Under the pieces are notes generated by a model. It did not search any database, was not told where the DNA came from, and saw nothing but the letters and a program-made list of their open reading frames with translations. 59,890 bases of DNA from Patescibacteria group bacterium UBA6033. GTDB lineage: Bacteria > Patescibacteriota > Minisyncoccia > Phycocordibacterales > Phycocordibacteraceae. The translations under genes were made by a program, and so were the position numbers. Where the stretch lies: NCBI GenBank assembly GCA_002429325.1, contig DIZH01000012.1, positions 47,338 to 107,227 of the forward strand, in the 5' to 3' direction. Shown here one piece after another: positions 1-9,745 of the stretch; positions within the stretch are counted from its first letter, which is position 1; each line of letters begins with the position of its first letter.

Positions 1-40
1 CCGCCACACTGCGGTGGCGGCTCGAGAAGCGCGGTGCTAT

Positions 41-499
41 TCACACCGCGAAGCCGATTCGGAGTTCGACCTCGCGGCCGAGACATTCTCCCACTGGGAG
101 CAGGGCCGGGTCTTCGACGAGATCGTCGTCCGGCGACTTGCAAGACCAGTAGCGAGTGATATCGAACTGGAAGCGATACGGACCGTAATCGATCATCACG
201 CGCTCGTTCAGTTCGCCGCTCACGGCTCCGGGGATACTGCGAGCCACATGGTTGATGGCCTTGTGGAAGTTGGTTTGGAAACTTTCCTGGCCGCACAGCT
301 TGCTCGCATCGACGAGCATGTGGCAGAGATACCCCGCGTGCTCGAACGAATACTCGGTCGGGTGATGCTGGCCGTTGTACACGGCTTCCTCGAACACCAC
401 GCTTTGCATTTCAGATACCAGTGCAGCATCGAAGAATGCCTTGTTGCAACGGGACAACACCACTAGATTCGGGCTCTTGCCCACTTCAATTGCGACCAT
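41..499 (-). CDS. hypothetical protein (152 aa)
   Basis: Complete ORF; AAGGAG lies 6 nt upstream of the ATG at 499; no family recognised by eye; locally GC-rich. Confidence 0.55.
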   Translation of the reverse strand: MVAIEVGKSPNLVVLSRCNKAFFDAALVSEMQSVVFEEAVYNGQHHPTEYSFEHAGYLCHMLVDASKLCGQESFQTNFHKAINHVARSIPGAVSGELNERVMIDYGPYRFQFDITRYWSCKSPDDDLVEDPALLPVGECLGREVELRIGFAV

Positions 500-597
500 G
501 TCTCGCTCCTTCTTGATTGATTGCCTAAGGATCTACTAGCTCCCCATCTCTCCAGATGAGGAGTTGCGCTGTAACTTAGCGCGAATTTGACAGCTTG

Positions 598-2301
598 TCA
601 AAGCGTTGCACTCGAAGTAGCAACGCCTGTGCCACCCACATACGGAGAACTCTCGGCATAGAGCGAATCGAAGAGTTGCTGCATTACGTTCACTGCCTGC
701 TCGCCTTGGCCCTGCGGCCCGCGTTCAAGCACGACTGAGAACGCATACTGCGGATGATCGTACGGGAAGAAGCCGACGACCCATGAATTGTCGTATTGAT
801 TCTTTGTTCCCGTCTGCGCAGTGCCGGTCTTCGCAGCCACGCTCAAGTACGGCATATTGATAGCCTGTGCGAGCGCGCTCGTGACACCCTGCCGCATACC
901 CTCTCGCACGACCTGAAGTGCCGCTGGGTCAACTGCTACAGCGACTGAGCTCGGTGCCTGCCCTGCTATCAACGTCGGAGTGAAGAGCGTGCCGCCATTG
1001 GCAACGGCTGCTATCGCTCGGACCATTTGTATTGGCGTCACTTGCACCGAATACTGACCGATGGCAGTGAAGTACGTATCGCCGAGGTACCACGGCTCTT
1101 TGAAGACCGCCTGTTTCCATGTCGGTGTCGGAATCATTCCTGCGGATTCTTCGGGCAAGTCTATAGCCGTGGTGCTGCCCAAACCGAACTGCCGATACCA
1201 ATAGTCGAGGCGATCAATGCCAAGCCCTTTCTGACTTTTGAAACCGCCGCCGACCTCATAGAAAAACACGTCGGACGACCACGCGATAGCTTTCCGCACA
1301 TCAACGGTCCCGAGCGCCTTCCATCCTTTGTAAATAAATGTCTTACCCGGGTGATACGGGTCAGGCAGTGAGAGGAATCCAGGATCATCGACTGTCGTAG
1401 TCGGTGTGATGATGCCGTCAGTGAGTGCGCCCGAGGCGACAATCGGCTTCACGATGGACCCCGGCGCATACACTCCCTGCACGGCATGGTCGAGAAATGG
1501 ATGACCGGGATTACTGTTATAGGCATTAATCGTGCTAGCTGGACCACCACTCGACATGACGTTTGCATCATAGGAAGGGTACGACACGAGCGCACGCACG
1601 GCACCAGTGCGGACATCCATAATCACACCTGCTCCTGCGATGAAACCATGATCAGTGGCAGTACTTGAGATAGCGGTCGCGAATAGTTTCTGTAAGTTCG
1701 CATCGATAGACAACTGGAGTGTTCCCCCATCTTTTGCAGGAACGACGATGCCCTCGGAACGAACACGCCCCACAGCGTCAGTCTCGGTCAGTCGCTGCCC
1801 ATTTTGCCCCGTCAATATCGAATTGTATTTCGCTTCAAGAGCAGACACTCCCTTTTCCTCCGTCTCGTAATACACGCCACTCGCATCTTTTTTCGGATAG
1901 GAGACATAGCCTATGACTTGGCTTAATGAAGGAATGAGATAGTCGCGCTCAATCGTCCCATCAGAGCTTTCCTTATTCTCTGCCAGAACCACGCCATGTA
2001 TATCAGTGATAATGCCGCGTGCTGCAAAGAGAGGCACGATATCCAGGCTGTTGTGCGCGCTTTGCGCCACATAGTCTGCTCCATGTGTAATTTGAATATT
2101 CCACGATCGAATGAAAAGAATGAGGAAGAGTCCTCCAAGCCCTGCCGCGAGCAGTACGAAAGATGAACGCGGCAGAGGCTTCTCAAGACGCCCTTCAAGA
2201 CGCCCCTGATTGAAATCGGGAGCGTTCGAAGCATCGAGGAATATCTCATCGGGAGCGATTTCCGGGTCGTGATATTTCCTCCTATTCCACCAGCGGGCCA
2301 T
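598..2301 (-). CDS. mrdA: penicillin-binding protein 2 (elongasome D,D-transpeptidase)
   Basis: N-terminal membrane anchor; transpeptidase motifs GSIVKP (SxxK), SSD (SxN-like), KTGTA (KTG); directly downstream of mreB-mreC-mreD. Confidence 0.9.
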   Translation of the reverse strand: MARWWNRRKYHDPEIAPDEIFLDASNAPDFNQGRLEGRLEKPLPRSSFVLLAAGLGGLFLILFIRSWNIQITHGADYVAQSAHNSLDIVPLFAARGIITDIHGVVLAENKESSDGTIERDYLIPSLSQVIGYVSYPKKDASGVYYETEEKGVSALEAKYNSILTGQNGQRLTETDAVGRVRSEGIVVPAKDGGTLQLSIDANLQKLFATAISSTATDHGFIAGAGVIMDVRTGAVRALVSYPSYDANVMSSGGPASTINAYNSNPGHPFLDHAVQGVYAPGSIVKPIVASGALTDGIITPTTTVDDPGFLSLPDPYHPGKTFIYKGWKALGTVDVRKAIAWSSDVFFYEVGGGFKSQKGLGIDRLDYWYRQFGLGSTTAIDLPEESAGMIPTPTWKQAVFKEPWYLGDTYFTAIGQYSVQVTPIQMVRAIAAVANGGTLFTPTLIAGQAPSSVAVAVDPAALQVVREGMRQGVTSALAQAINMPYLSVAAKTGTAQTGTKNQYDNSWVVGFFPYDHPQYAFSVVLERGPQGQGEQAVNVMQQLFDSLYAESSPYVGGTGVATSSATL

Positions 2302-2303
2302 CC

Positions 2304-2552
2304 CTAGATACTACCTGCCTTCAGTCGACTACGCACGAAAAATGCGATGACGGTCACACACGCTCCCGTTAGTGTGGCGGCTGGCAGGAATGTCCCGTGC
2401 GGCACATAGTAAAGAGTGTCAGCAAATATACCGACCGAGAGCGGGATGAGCGGTTCAAATGACGATGCAAGGAGCGCAAGGAGCGCAGTAAGCGGCCATG
2501 GGAAGAGTATTGTGGAAAGGAACGTGAGCACGATGATACTCTGTCGCATCAT
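2304..2552 (-). CDS. small polytopic membrane protein in the MreD position
   Basis: 82 aa, almost entirely hydrophobic; 4-nt overlap with mreC stop; synteny mreB-mreC-(mreD)-mrdA. Shorter than canonical MreD. Confidence 0.5.
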   Translation of the reverse strand: MMRQSIIVLTFLSTILFPWPLTALLALLASSFEPLIPLSVGIFADTLYYVPHGTFLPAATLTGACVTVIAFFVRSRLKAGSI

Positions 2553-3373
2553 GGCAGTGTCGAGGTAGCGAACGAGACTCCGGTAATGCCGGTCGCGCGT
2601 ACGACGACCGCGGCTATGGAGAATGGATTGACCGCAGAAACAATGCGCAAGGTCACCGCCGGCGACAATGGATCACTATCGACGCGTACAACGCCCCCGA
2701 CGGGCAGCTGGCCAGGACCTGGCATGAATACTGTATCCCCTACTGCAATGTTTGCCGCACGCGGGACCGAAGCATTCAGTGCCCCAGCGCCAGCACCTGT
2801 AAGCATGAGGGGGAGATTCGCATGTCCGACCCATCCATGTGTCACAACGCCCGGCGTAGAAAAAAGAGTTGCTTGCGAGAAGTCAGCGAGCACTGACGAT
2901 ATGACCCCGACAGGTACATTCCCAGGGCCGAAAACCTCCATACCAAGAGTGATGCCGCTCTTCGAACCTTCGCTAAGCACCAGCGTGTCATAGGGGCTCG
3001 TCGGCGGTCGAGCGGCAACGTCCGCGAGTATGCCGGGAGCATGCGCTCCGCCGCCTCCAAAAAGTGCATTCTGTGTATCGACTTTCTGCTGCAGTGCTGC
3101 ATTCTCACTCGCAAGCGTAGCGTTTTCATTCGTTAGCTTTTCATTTTGAGCCGCAAGTGTTGCAGCATTACTGAAGTGCGCAAAAAATGCTTGGCTTTCT
3201 GCAGTCAACGCATCTGCTATATGGAACACCGGCGTGAGTGCCTGCCAGAATAGGTTCGGAACAACAAGGCGAATACCGAGCAGCGCCATTGAAAATAGAA
3301 GTGCTCCCGCTCCCCACGAGATGCTCCGGGCCGTTATGAGCGCATTACGCCTCGCTAAGTATGTCTTCTTCAT
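2549..3373 (-). CDS. mreC: rod shape-determining protein MreC
   Basis: N-terminal TM segment, coiled-coil stretch (QNEKLTNENATLASENAALQQKV), Gly/Val-rich C-terminal beta domains; located between mreB and the MreD-like gene. Confidence 0.8.
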   Translation of the reverse strand: MKKTYLARRNALITARSISWGAGALLFSMALLGIRLVVPNLFWQALTPVFHIADALTAESQAFFAHFSNAATLAAQNEKLTNENATLASENAALQQKVDTQNALFGGGGAHAPGILADVAARPPTSPYDTLVLSEGSKSGITLGMEVFGPGNVPVGVISSVLADFSQATLFSTPGVVTHGWVGHANLPLMLTGAGAGALNASVPRAANIAVGDTVFMPGPGQLPVGGVVRVDSDPLSPAVTLRIVSAVNPFSIAAVVVRATGITGVSFATSTLP

Positions 3374-4397
3374 CTACAAAAAAATCTGCGTACGGCTCCG
3401 GGTTCTCCGTGACAATGCCCGCACCGCGTACAACTGCCGTAAGAGGATCAGGTGCCACACGCACTGGCACGCCCAGCATCTTCGCAAGTATTTCGGGAAG
3501 TCCCCGGAGGAGCGCGCCGCCGCCGAATACTGTGACGCCGTGTTCAAGCACATCAGAAAGAAGTTCGGCAGGAGTATTTTCTATTACCTCTTTCATCGCG
3601 TCCATGAGTGGATCAAGCGAAGGAGTGATGGCTTCGCGCACATGATTGTCGGTCAATATAATCTCCCGAGGCAGCCCCGTCGCAAAATCGCGGCCGCGCA
3701 CGCTCCGCGAAAGCGTCTCCGCAAGCGGCGTCACCGAACCGATGAGTATCTTCACATCCTCGGCCGTACGCTCGCCGATGCCGAGCTTAAATTCACTGCG
3801 CACATAGTCGATAATATTTTCATTGAAACGATCACCCGCGACATGCGAGCTTTTCGATGCGACGACTCCGTTCAGCGCAATGACAGCTATATCGGTCGTG
3901 CCGCCGCCGATATCGAGAACCATCGTCCCCACCGCATCAAAGACCGGGAGTTTCGCGCCGATAGCGCCAGCGACCGGCTCTTCAAGAATGATGGCTTCGC
4001 GCGCACCGGCGTTCTTGGCCGCATCGCGAACGGCACGGCTCTGCACATTGGTCACGCCCGTCGGCACGCCAATGACTACGCGCGGACCGAAGAGGCGCGC
4101 GCGGCCGTTCTGCGCTTTGTTGATGAGATAATTCAAGAGTTCTTCCGTCACTTCGAAATCCGAAATAACGCCGTGTTCCAAGGGGCGCACGACGCGCACA
4201 TGCGACGGCGTCTTGCCAAGCATCGTCTTCGCTTCCTTCCCCACCGCGACGACTTGATGTGTCTTGTCGTTCACCGCAACGACTGACGGCTCGTTTATCA
4301 CGACGCCCTTCCCGCGCACATACACAAGCGTGTTCGCTGTTCCAAGGTCAATCGCAATGTCGTTGCTGAAGAGGAGATTTCTGCTAAATCGTGCCAT
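3345..4397 (-). CDS. mreB: rod shape-determining protein MreB (actin-like ATPase)
   Basis: N-terminus FSNDIAIDLGTANTLVYV, phosphate-2 LDIGGGTTDIAVI, GGGALLRGL adenosine motif. Confidence 0.95.
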   Translation of the reverse strand: MARFSRNLLFSNDIAIDLGTANTLVYVRGKGVVINEPSVVAVNDKTHQVVAVGKEAKTMLGKTPSHVRVVRPLEHGVISDFEVTEELLNYLINKAQNGRARLFGPRVVIGVPTGVTNVQSRAVRDAAKNAGAREAIILEEPVAGAIGAKLPVFDAVGTMVLDIGGGTTDIAVIALNGVVASKSSHVAGDRFNENIIDYVRSEFKLGIGERTAEDVKILIGSVTPLAETLSRSVRGRDFATGLPREIILTDNHVREAITPSLDPLMDAMKEVIENTPAELLSDVLEHGVTVFGGGALLRGLPEILAKMLGVPVRVAPDPLTAVVRGAGIVTENPEPYADFFVDEEDILSEA

Positions 4398-4400
4398 ATG

Positions 4401-5645
4401 CTACATCGCGAGGATCTCTGCTCGTGATTTTTTCTCCACGACGCCCGTTGCGCGATTCACCACTTCAAAGCTGCCAGTGGCTACGGAATCTTTGCCAACG
4501 ACAATGCGATATGGCATGCCCAAGAGGTCGCTGTCGGCGAATTTCTCTCCCGCGCGCGCATTGCGATCATCGTAGAGCACGTCGACGCCCTTCTTTTTCA
4601 AATCGTCATACAACGCATCTGCGAGTTTCGAAATTTCGTCGCCTTCATGACCAAGCGATACGAGATGATACTTGAACGGTGCTACTTCCATAGGCCATAC
4701 GAGACCTTTCTCGTCGGCGAGTGTCTCGACAATGATACCCATGAGCCGCGTCGGACCAATACCATAACAGCCCATGATGACCGGCTTCTTGGCTCCTGTC
4801 TCGTCGGTATACGTGAGCCCAAGCGGTTCAGAGAAACGAGTGCCGAGATTAAATGTATTTCCCGCTTCGATAGCCTTTTTCTCAACAAGCTTCTCTTTGT
4901 CCAAACCAAGCTTTGAAAGAGTCTCGCCGGAGTAGACTTCAGCGTTAACCGCAAGCCTTTTCTCTTCATCCACATAAATAGTGTCCTCTCCCGCATCAGA
5001 TATGGTCTGGAATTCCTCAGAGAACTCGCTGAAGATGCCGCCAGAAGCGAAGGTCACATAGGTCTTATCTCCCACGCCAGCACGTGCGAATACTCTCAAA
5101 TACGCCTCTCGAGCTTTCGCATAAAAAGCATCGTGCTGCGCATCATCCTTTGAGAAGGAATAGAGATCCTTCATCAAGAACTCTTTTCCGCGCATAATGC
5201 CAGACTTCGCGCGCAACTCATTGCGGAACTTATTTTGGAATTGATACGCATACACTGGCAAATCGCGATATGACGAAACATGATCTGTCATAATGCGCGT
5301 AAGCGGCTCCTCATGAGTGATACCGAGCCCGGTCTCGCCCCCACTCTTAAATGAGGTCTTGAACCAGTTATCGACTTTTGCATCGTCCCAACGGTCAGTA
5401 CGGCTCCAGAGTTCTTTATCTTGGAGCGCTGACATCACGAGTTCCTGTCCTCCGATAGCATCCATCTCTTCGCGAATGATCTGGATAATTCTGTTGAGTG
5501 TGCGCAACCCGAGCGGAAGATAGGAGTACACTCCCGCCATTTCTTTATGGATATAGCCTGCGCGTACCAAAAGCTGGGCGTTTTTCGCAACCTCGTCGGC
5601 GGGCGCCTCGCGCCGAGTCTTCGTGAAGAGCTGTGACTGTCTCAT
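4401..5645 (-). CDS. proS: proline--tRNA ligase, short form without a full INS editing domain
   Basis: N-terminus MRQSQLFTKTRREAP..., class II motifs (FRNELRAKSGIMRGKEF, GCYGIGPTRL), C-terminal anticodon-binding domain; only 414 aa. Confidence 0.9.
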   Translation of the reverse strand: MRQSQLFTKTRREAPADEVAKNAQLLVRAGYIHKEMAGVYSYLPLGLRTLNRIIQIIREEMDAIGGQELVMSALQDKELWSRTDRWDDAKVDNWFKTSFKSGGETGLGITHEEPLTRIMTDHVSSYRDLPVYAYQFQNKFRNELRAKSGIMRGKEFLMKDLYSFSKDDAQHDAFYAKAREAYLRVFARAGVGDKTYVTFASGGIFSEFSEEFQTISDAGEDTIYVDEEKRLAVNAEVYSGETLSKLGLDKEKLVEKKAIEAGNTFNLGTRFSEPLGLTYTDETGAKKPVIMGCYGIGPTRLMGIIVETLADEKGLVWPMEVAPFKYHLVSLGHEGDEISKLADALYDDLKKKGVDVLYDDRNARAGEKFADSDLLGMPYRIVVGKDSVATGSFEVVNRATGVVEKKSRAEILAM

Positions 5646-5673
5646 GTGGGCAGTATATGCCCCCTCTGCCCCA

Positions 5674-5708
5674 AGCGCAAAAGCAAAGCGCCGCTGGGCG
5701 GCGCTTTG
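5674..5708 (-). terminator. Rho-independent terminator after the 98-aa ORF
   Basis: 11-bp GC-rich stem caaagcgccgc / gcggcgctttg (5684-5708), followed on the minus strand by CTTTTGC. Confidence 0.7.
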
Positions 5709-5722
5709 TCATATCCGGTCGT

Positions 5723-6019
5723 TTACGGAATTGGGCGCTCGGCATTGTCCTTCTCCATAGCTCTGACGAGCAACCTGAGGACACGAAGAGTTCGGTAACT
5801 ACGACCTCCGCTCACACAGAATTCCACGGAGGCTTCGCGGTCATTGGGCGAGCCAGTGTCCATGTCTCCGATAAGTAGGCCATCCTGACTGATTGAGACA
5901 ATGACATCGCCGCAACGCTGTGTCGTGACCCTCAGACCGCGGGTCGGATGCATATCCCCCACACGCTGTACCGTTCTCGTTTCATTCATCTCTGTTCCTT
6001 TCGATTTGATTGAAAACAT
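5723..6019 (-). CDS. hypothetical protein (98 aa or shorter)
   Basis: ORF between rseP and proS with its own downstream terminator; no recognisable family; start uncertain. Confidence 0.45.
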   Translation of the reverse strand: MFSIKSKGTEMNETRTVQRVGDMHPTRGLRVTTQRCGDVIVSISQDGLLIGDMDTGSPNDREASVEFCVSGGRSYRTLRVLRLLVRAMEKDNAERPIP

Positions 6020-6072
6020 CGAACCTTTCTACAGTTCTGGTCGCACTCTACGCCCAATCTGTATTTTGTAAA

Positions 6073-7161
6073 TTAGCCGACGATTCTAAATATGTCGTGT
6101 GCCGTCACGACGACCATCAGTAATATGAGGAAGACGAAGCCGACGGCATTAATAACCTGAGCAATGCGCGGCTTGATGGGGCGGCGGGTGATGCTTTCGA
6201 TAATGACGAAGAGTAGTCGGCCACCGTCGAGCGCCGGGACCGGGATGAGATTAATGAGCGCTAGATTTATAGAAATAACTGCCATGATAGAAAGCAATGT
6301 TCCGAAGCCCTGCGCCGAGGCGCTCCCGACCGCGCCAGCGATGCCAATAGGTCCTGAGACTTGAGAAAGATTCGCTGAGAACGTAAAGATGCCGTAGAAG
6401 AAATGCACAAGACCTTCAGCAGTTAAGACAGTCGTCATCCAGGTAAGGCGTGCACCCTCGATGAGCGCCGCGCCGAATGAGAGCGGCACGACGCCGATAG
6501 TGGCTACTTGGACTCCGAGCGCGAAGCGCGAGGGATCCGACGGCACGACGCCCGCTTCAGGCTTTGCCGTAAGAGTTTCTAGTTTTCCATCATGCTTCAC
6601 CCCAAGCGTCAGTGCTTCTCCACCGCTGGCATTCACAAATGCCGAGAAACTCTCAGCATCGGCTGCGTGCCACTCGCCTTTTGTATCGGTGACGCTCATG
6701 ATTGAATCGCCGGGTAGAATGCCCGCGCGCGCTGCCGGCGTGCCTGCTAGTACGTCAGCGACAGCGAGCTCGACATTCTTGGCTCCAGCGATCTCGGTGT
6801 CCGTAAGCGCGCGCGGCGTGCCCGTGACGAGCGCACCAGTGATAAGCACATACGCGAAAAAGAGGTTCATCGCCACACCTGCGATAAGCACGATGGCCTG
6901 GAGGATGCGTGGACGAGAAGAGAACGCGCGTGGATTATGCTCTCCTCCATCCTCGCCAAATATCTTTACGAAACCGCCGAACGGCAGCCAATTGAGGGTA
7001 TATACAGTCTCCCCTTTTTTCGCGATGGTGAGCGCTCGCGGCGGATACCCGAGTCCGAATTCATCCACGCGCATACCCGAAAGCTTCGCCGCAACGAAAT
7101 GTCCAAACTCGTGCACCACAATAAGTGCAACGATGACCGCAATAAAAATAAGTATGCTCAT
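6073..7161 (-). CDS. rseP: RIP metalloprotease RseP (site-2 protease, M50)
   Basis: HEFGH zinc motif near the N-terminus, central PDZ-like region, C-terminal NLIPVPALDGG (NxxPxxxLDG) motif, multiple TM segments. Confidence 0.9.
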   Translation of the reverse strand: MSILIFIAVIVALIVVHEFGHFVAAKLSGMRVDEFGLGYPPRALTIAKKGETVYTLNWLPFGGFVKIFGEDGGEHNPRAFSSRPRILQAIVLIAGVAMNLFFAYVLITGALVTGTPRALTDTEIAGAKNVELAVADVLAGTPAARAGILPGDSIMSVTDTKGEWHAADAESFSAFVNASGGEALTLGVKHDGKLETLTAKPEAGVVPSDPSRFALGVQVATIGVVPLSFGAALIEGARLTWMTTVLTAEGLVHFFYGIFTFSANLSQVSGPIGIAGAVGSASAQGFGTLLSIMAVISINLALINLIPVPALDGGRLLFVIIESITRRPIKPRIAQVINAVGFVFLILLMVVVTAHDIFRIVG

Positions 7162-7166
7162 TACAC

Positions 7167-7718
7167 TTATTGCGAGATCTCCAATTCTTTCTTCTCCAGC
7201 ATCACAACAAGCGCTTCATTGCCCGCATCGATGAATTTCTGAACTTCGGCCTTGAGGCGCGCGACATCATCTTTCCCCATGCCCCCTTCTTTCTCAGCTG
7301 CATCGAGCGCCTTGAGCGCATCAGTGCGGTGAGAACGCAGCGTCACTTTCGCCTGTTCAGTCCTATCGCCCGCAATCTTGCTGAGCTGCGTCCGACGCTC
7401 ACTCGTGAGCTCGGGGAAGGACACTCGTATACCCTGATCGTCAGACCCGACGCCGACACCAAGGTCAGCTTCGACGAGACTCTTCTCGATTGGCTTCAAG
7501 AGCTCTTTATCCCAAGGAACGATTCGGATTGTGCGCGCATCCTCGACTGAAATGGCCGCTACATCCCGCAGCGGCGTGCGCGTGCCATATGCCTCAGCCT
7601 TAATCCCATCGAGTAAGGTCGGAGTTGCGCGGCCAGTGCGCACGCCGGAGAGCTCGCGAGCGAGCCATTCTTCAGTTTCTTTTATCTTAGTTTTTAGTGG
7701 TGAAAAGTCGTATGCCAT
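7167..7718 (-). CDS. frr: ribosome recycling factor
   Basis: 183 aa, typical length and sequence (LSGVRTGRATPTLLDGIKAEAYG..., IRVSFPELTSERR). Confidence 0.95.
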   Translation of the reverse strand: MAYDFSPLKTKIKETEEWLARELSGVRTGRATPTLLDGIKAEAYGTRTPLRDVAAISVEDARTIRIVPWDKELLKPIEKSLVEADLGVGVGSDDQGIRVSFPELTSERRTQLSKIAGDRTEQAKVTLRSHRTDALKALDAAEKEGGMGKDDVARLKAEVQKFIDAGNEALVVMLEKKELEISQ

Positions 7719-7763
7719 AAAAAGAAGTATAGATGGAAAAGTATAAAGTATAAAGGGGATACC

Positions 7764-8444
7764 TCACGACAAACCTTTCGGTAGAACGAGCGACACGTGT
7801 TCCAAGATCATACGCACGGGCGCACTGCGGTCATAGAGGTGGCCACGCAATGTCGCGATGTCCGATAGAGTAACCGCATTCCCTTCAAGACCATGACGAA
7901 GAAGCGCGGCTTCTACCCCATTTATGAGTGCAATGGCTTCCTCGCGATGCTCGCGACGCTCTTCTTCGTCCTTTCCACTCGCAAGTTTCTTGATAAGTGC
8001 GATTCGCTTCTCCTTGCTCGCGTGCAAAAATTCTTCAACAATCCCCGGCATAGGGGGTTTCGTAAACCCCCTATGGGGTGCAAGTATCTGGACGCGGGAA
8101 CGGAGCGTCGGCAGAAGTCCGCCAAGCGTTGGCAGAACGAGGAAAAGATAGGTGCCCTCCGGCGGCTCTTCAAACACTTTGAGTAAGGCATTCTGCGCTT
8201 CGTGATAGGCGCGACTCGCTGCAATAATGACTACTTTATGTTCGCCAGCAAACGGAGCACCGGCGACAGTCTCTGCTACCTTGCGCGCATCTGCTACGGA
8301 AAAGAGACCGTAGCGCAGTACAGCGATGTCAGGATTGTGCTCAAGTGCCATGCCGAGTTCCTTCTTCGTCCATGCTTGTGCGGCCTCAATCCCCTCTTCT
8401 GCTTCTGCCTCAATGACAAATGCGTGCTGCGATTGTTTATCCAT
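7764..8444 (-). CDS. holB: DNA polymerase III delta-prime-like clamp-loader subunit
   Basis: LLKVFEEPPEGTYLFLV and LPTLRSRVQIL (sensor/SRC-like) motifs typical of delta-prime/gamma family; no intact Walker A. Confidence 0.7.
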   Translation of the reverse strand: MDKQSQHAFVIEAEAEEGIEAAQAWTKKELGMALEHNPDIAVLRYGLFSVADARKVAETVAGAPFAGEHKVVIIAASRAYHEAQNALLKVFEEPPEGTYLFLVLPTLGGLLPTLRSRVQILAPHRGFTKPPMPGIVEEFLHASKEKRIALIKKLASGKDEEERREHREEAIALINGVEAALLRHGLEGNAVTLSDIATLRGHLYDRSAPVRMILEHVSLVLPKGLS

Positions 8445-8805
8445 GATGAAATACTACCTGACCGAGCAGGAAGGAAGAAGTATTAGCAGCAAACGAGATG
8501 GTAAATGCCTGTCGAGCGGATAGGTTAAAAGCGAACATATAGAAAACGGCTTCAGTCATGAACGCGAATATCTCCCCGACAGCTACTGCAGTACTGAGCG
8601 AATGATAAAAGAATACAGGGAATACATACCATACCCATGGAATAGTAAGCGTAGAAGCAAATATGCCGCCAAGTACGAGTTTCCCAAGTGAAATATCCGT
8701 ACGCGGAGTGTGGAAAAATCGCCGAGAAAGAATGACGAGAACAGGTACTTCAACTAAGAGTGTAAACAGCCAATTAAGGATGAACTGATGAAGATAGCCA
8801 AGCAT
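8437..8805 (-). CDS. integral membrane protein, unknown function
   Basis: 122 aa with about 4 hydrophobic helices; 8-nt overlap with the holB-like start. Confidence 0.5.
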   Translation of the reverse strand: MLGYLHQFILNWLFTLLVEVPVLVILSRRFFHTPRTDISLGKLVLGGIFASTLTIPWVWYVFPVFFYHSLSTAVAVGEIFAFMTEAVFYMFAFNLSARQAFTISFAANTSSFLLGQVVFHHG

Positions 8806-8808
8806 GAG

Positions 8809-9717
8809 CTAGCATGAACTGCCGAAAAGACCTTTTACAAAGCACCAGAACCCCATCCACCAAGCGCGCGGCACAGAACTAGTCGCATCAACTGTCGTAG
8901 TCGCCAAAGTCGATGTCCCCGCGGAAGCTTCGAATGCAACAACTCCAGGAATCTGCGGTGCGGGAAATGCGTACTTCTTTACGCTTCCGTCATCAAGCGT
9001 ATCAGCCTCTTTGGATTTATACACGACGATATATTTCCCTTTATAGACGCCAAGTGGACTATAAAAAAGATGTACCTCTCTCCTCGGGTCTGTAATAGCA
9101 GTCTGCGGAAATGGATTTATTGATGTTGAGTTTACCATCACAAATAGATCGTCAATTGTCGTTGTGGCACCAAGACTCGCCGCACCACCAGCCGCCTGAA
9201 GAGCCGATAGACCTAGAAACTCATCGTCTTTCGGTACGACGAAATCCATAAGCCCCTCATTCACTTTTGGAGAGGAAATCAGTGAGTGTGTCGAATATGT
9301 TTCGCCGGAGTAATTACTGATTTCAGTAGTTGTCCCAACTATGGACAAGGGGTCTGTTGAGCCTGTAGCTTCTGGTAATGCTTTCTTTAGGAAGGCAGAA
9401 AAGGACCAGTTGCTTTTGTAGGGATCAACTTCGAGATCAAGACTAGTGGAGGTTGCAAGCGAAAAATTGCCGGTCTCCGAAACAGCATTGGTGTCAATGC
9501 GGTACACATACGCTATAGATTGCACCAATGAGAGATTATCGAGAGTAAATGATTCAGAGTAGTAGCCACATGTGGCAGGAACGTCATACGAATAGCTGCA
9601 CGGCGGCGCTTCAAATAGCGCGGAGTCTGCATGAACTATGCGAGCGCCATTCACAACTGAAAAGAAAATCACCAGTACTGCGGCCGTTGACGAGAGGATG
9701 GCTTTGTAGTTTTTCAT
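8809..9717 (-). CDS. secreted hypothetical protein
   Basis: N-terminal signal/anchor (MKNYKAILSSTAAVLVIFFSVVNGARIVHA), no recognisable domain. Confidence 0.6.
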   Translation of the reverse strand: MKNYKAILSSTAAVLVIFFSVVNGARIVHADSALFEAPPCSYSYDVPATCGYYSESFTLDNLSLVQSIAYVYRIDTNAVSETGNFSLATSTSLDLEVDPYKSNWSFSAFLKKALPEATGSTDPLSIVGTTTEISNYSGETYSTHSLISSPKVNEGLMDFVVPKDDEFLGLSALQAAGGAASLGATTTIDDLFVMVNSTSINPFPQTAITDPRREVHLFYSPLGVYKGKYIVVYKSKEADTLDDGSVKKYAFPAPQIPGVVAFEASAGTSTLATTTVDATSSVPRAWWMGFWCFVKGLFGSSC

Positions 9718-9745
9718 GTGCTCAATTTTAGCACGCGATAGCTAC

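Noticed and set aside
3234-4286. 350-aa plus-strand ORF, and similar long ORFs at 6461-7234 (+), 13161-13919 (-), 17226-17963 (+) and 17997-18554 (+)
   Set aside because: They are mirror ORFs antisense to genes with unmistakable motifs (mreB, rseP, def/fmt, the recombinase-like gene). They have Arg/Ala/Ser-rich composition typical of antisense frames in GC-rich coding DNA and no recognisable domains.
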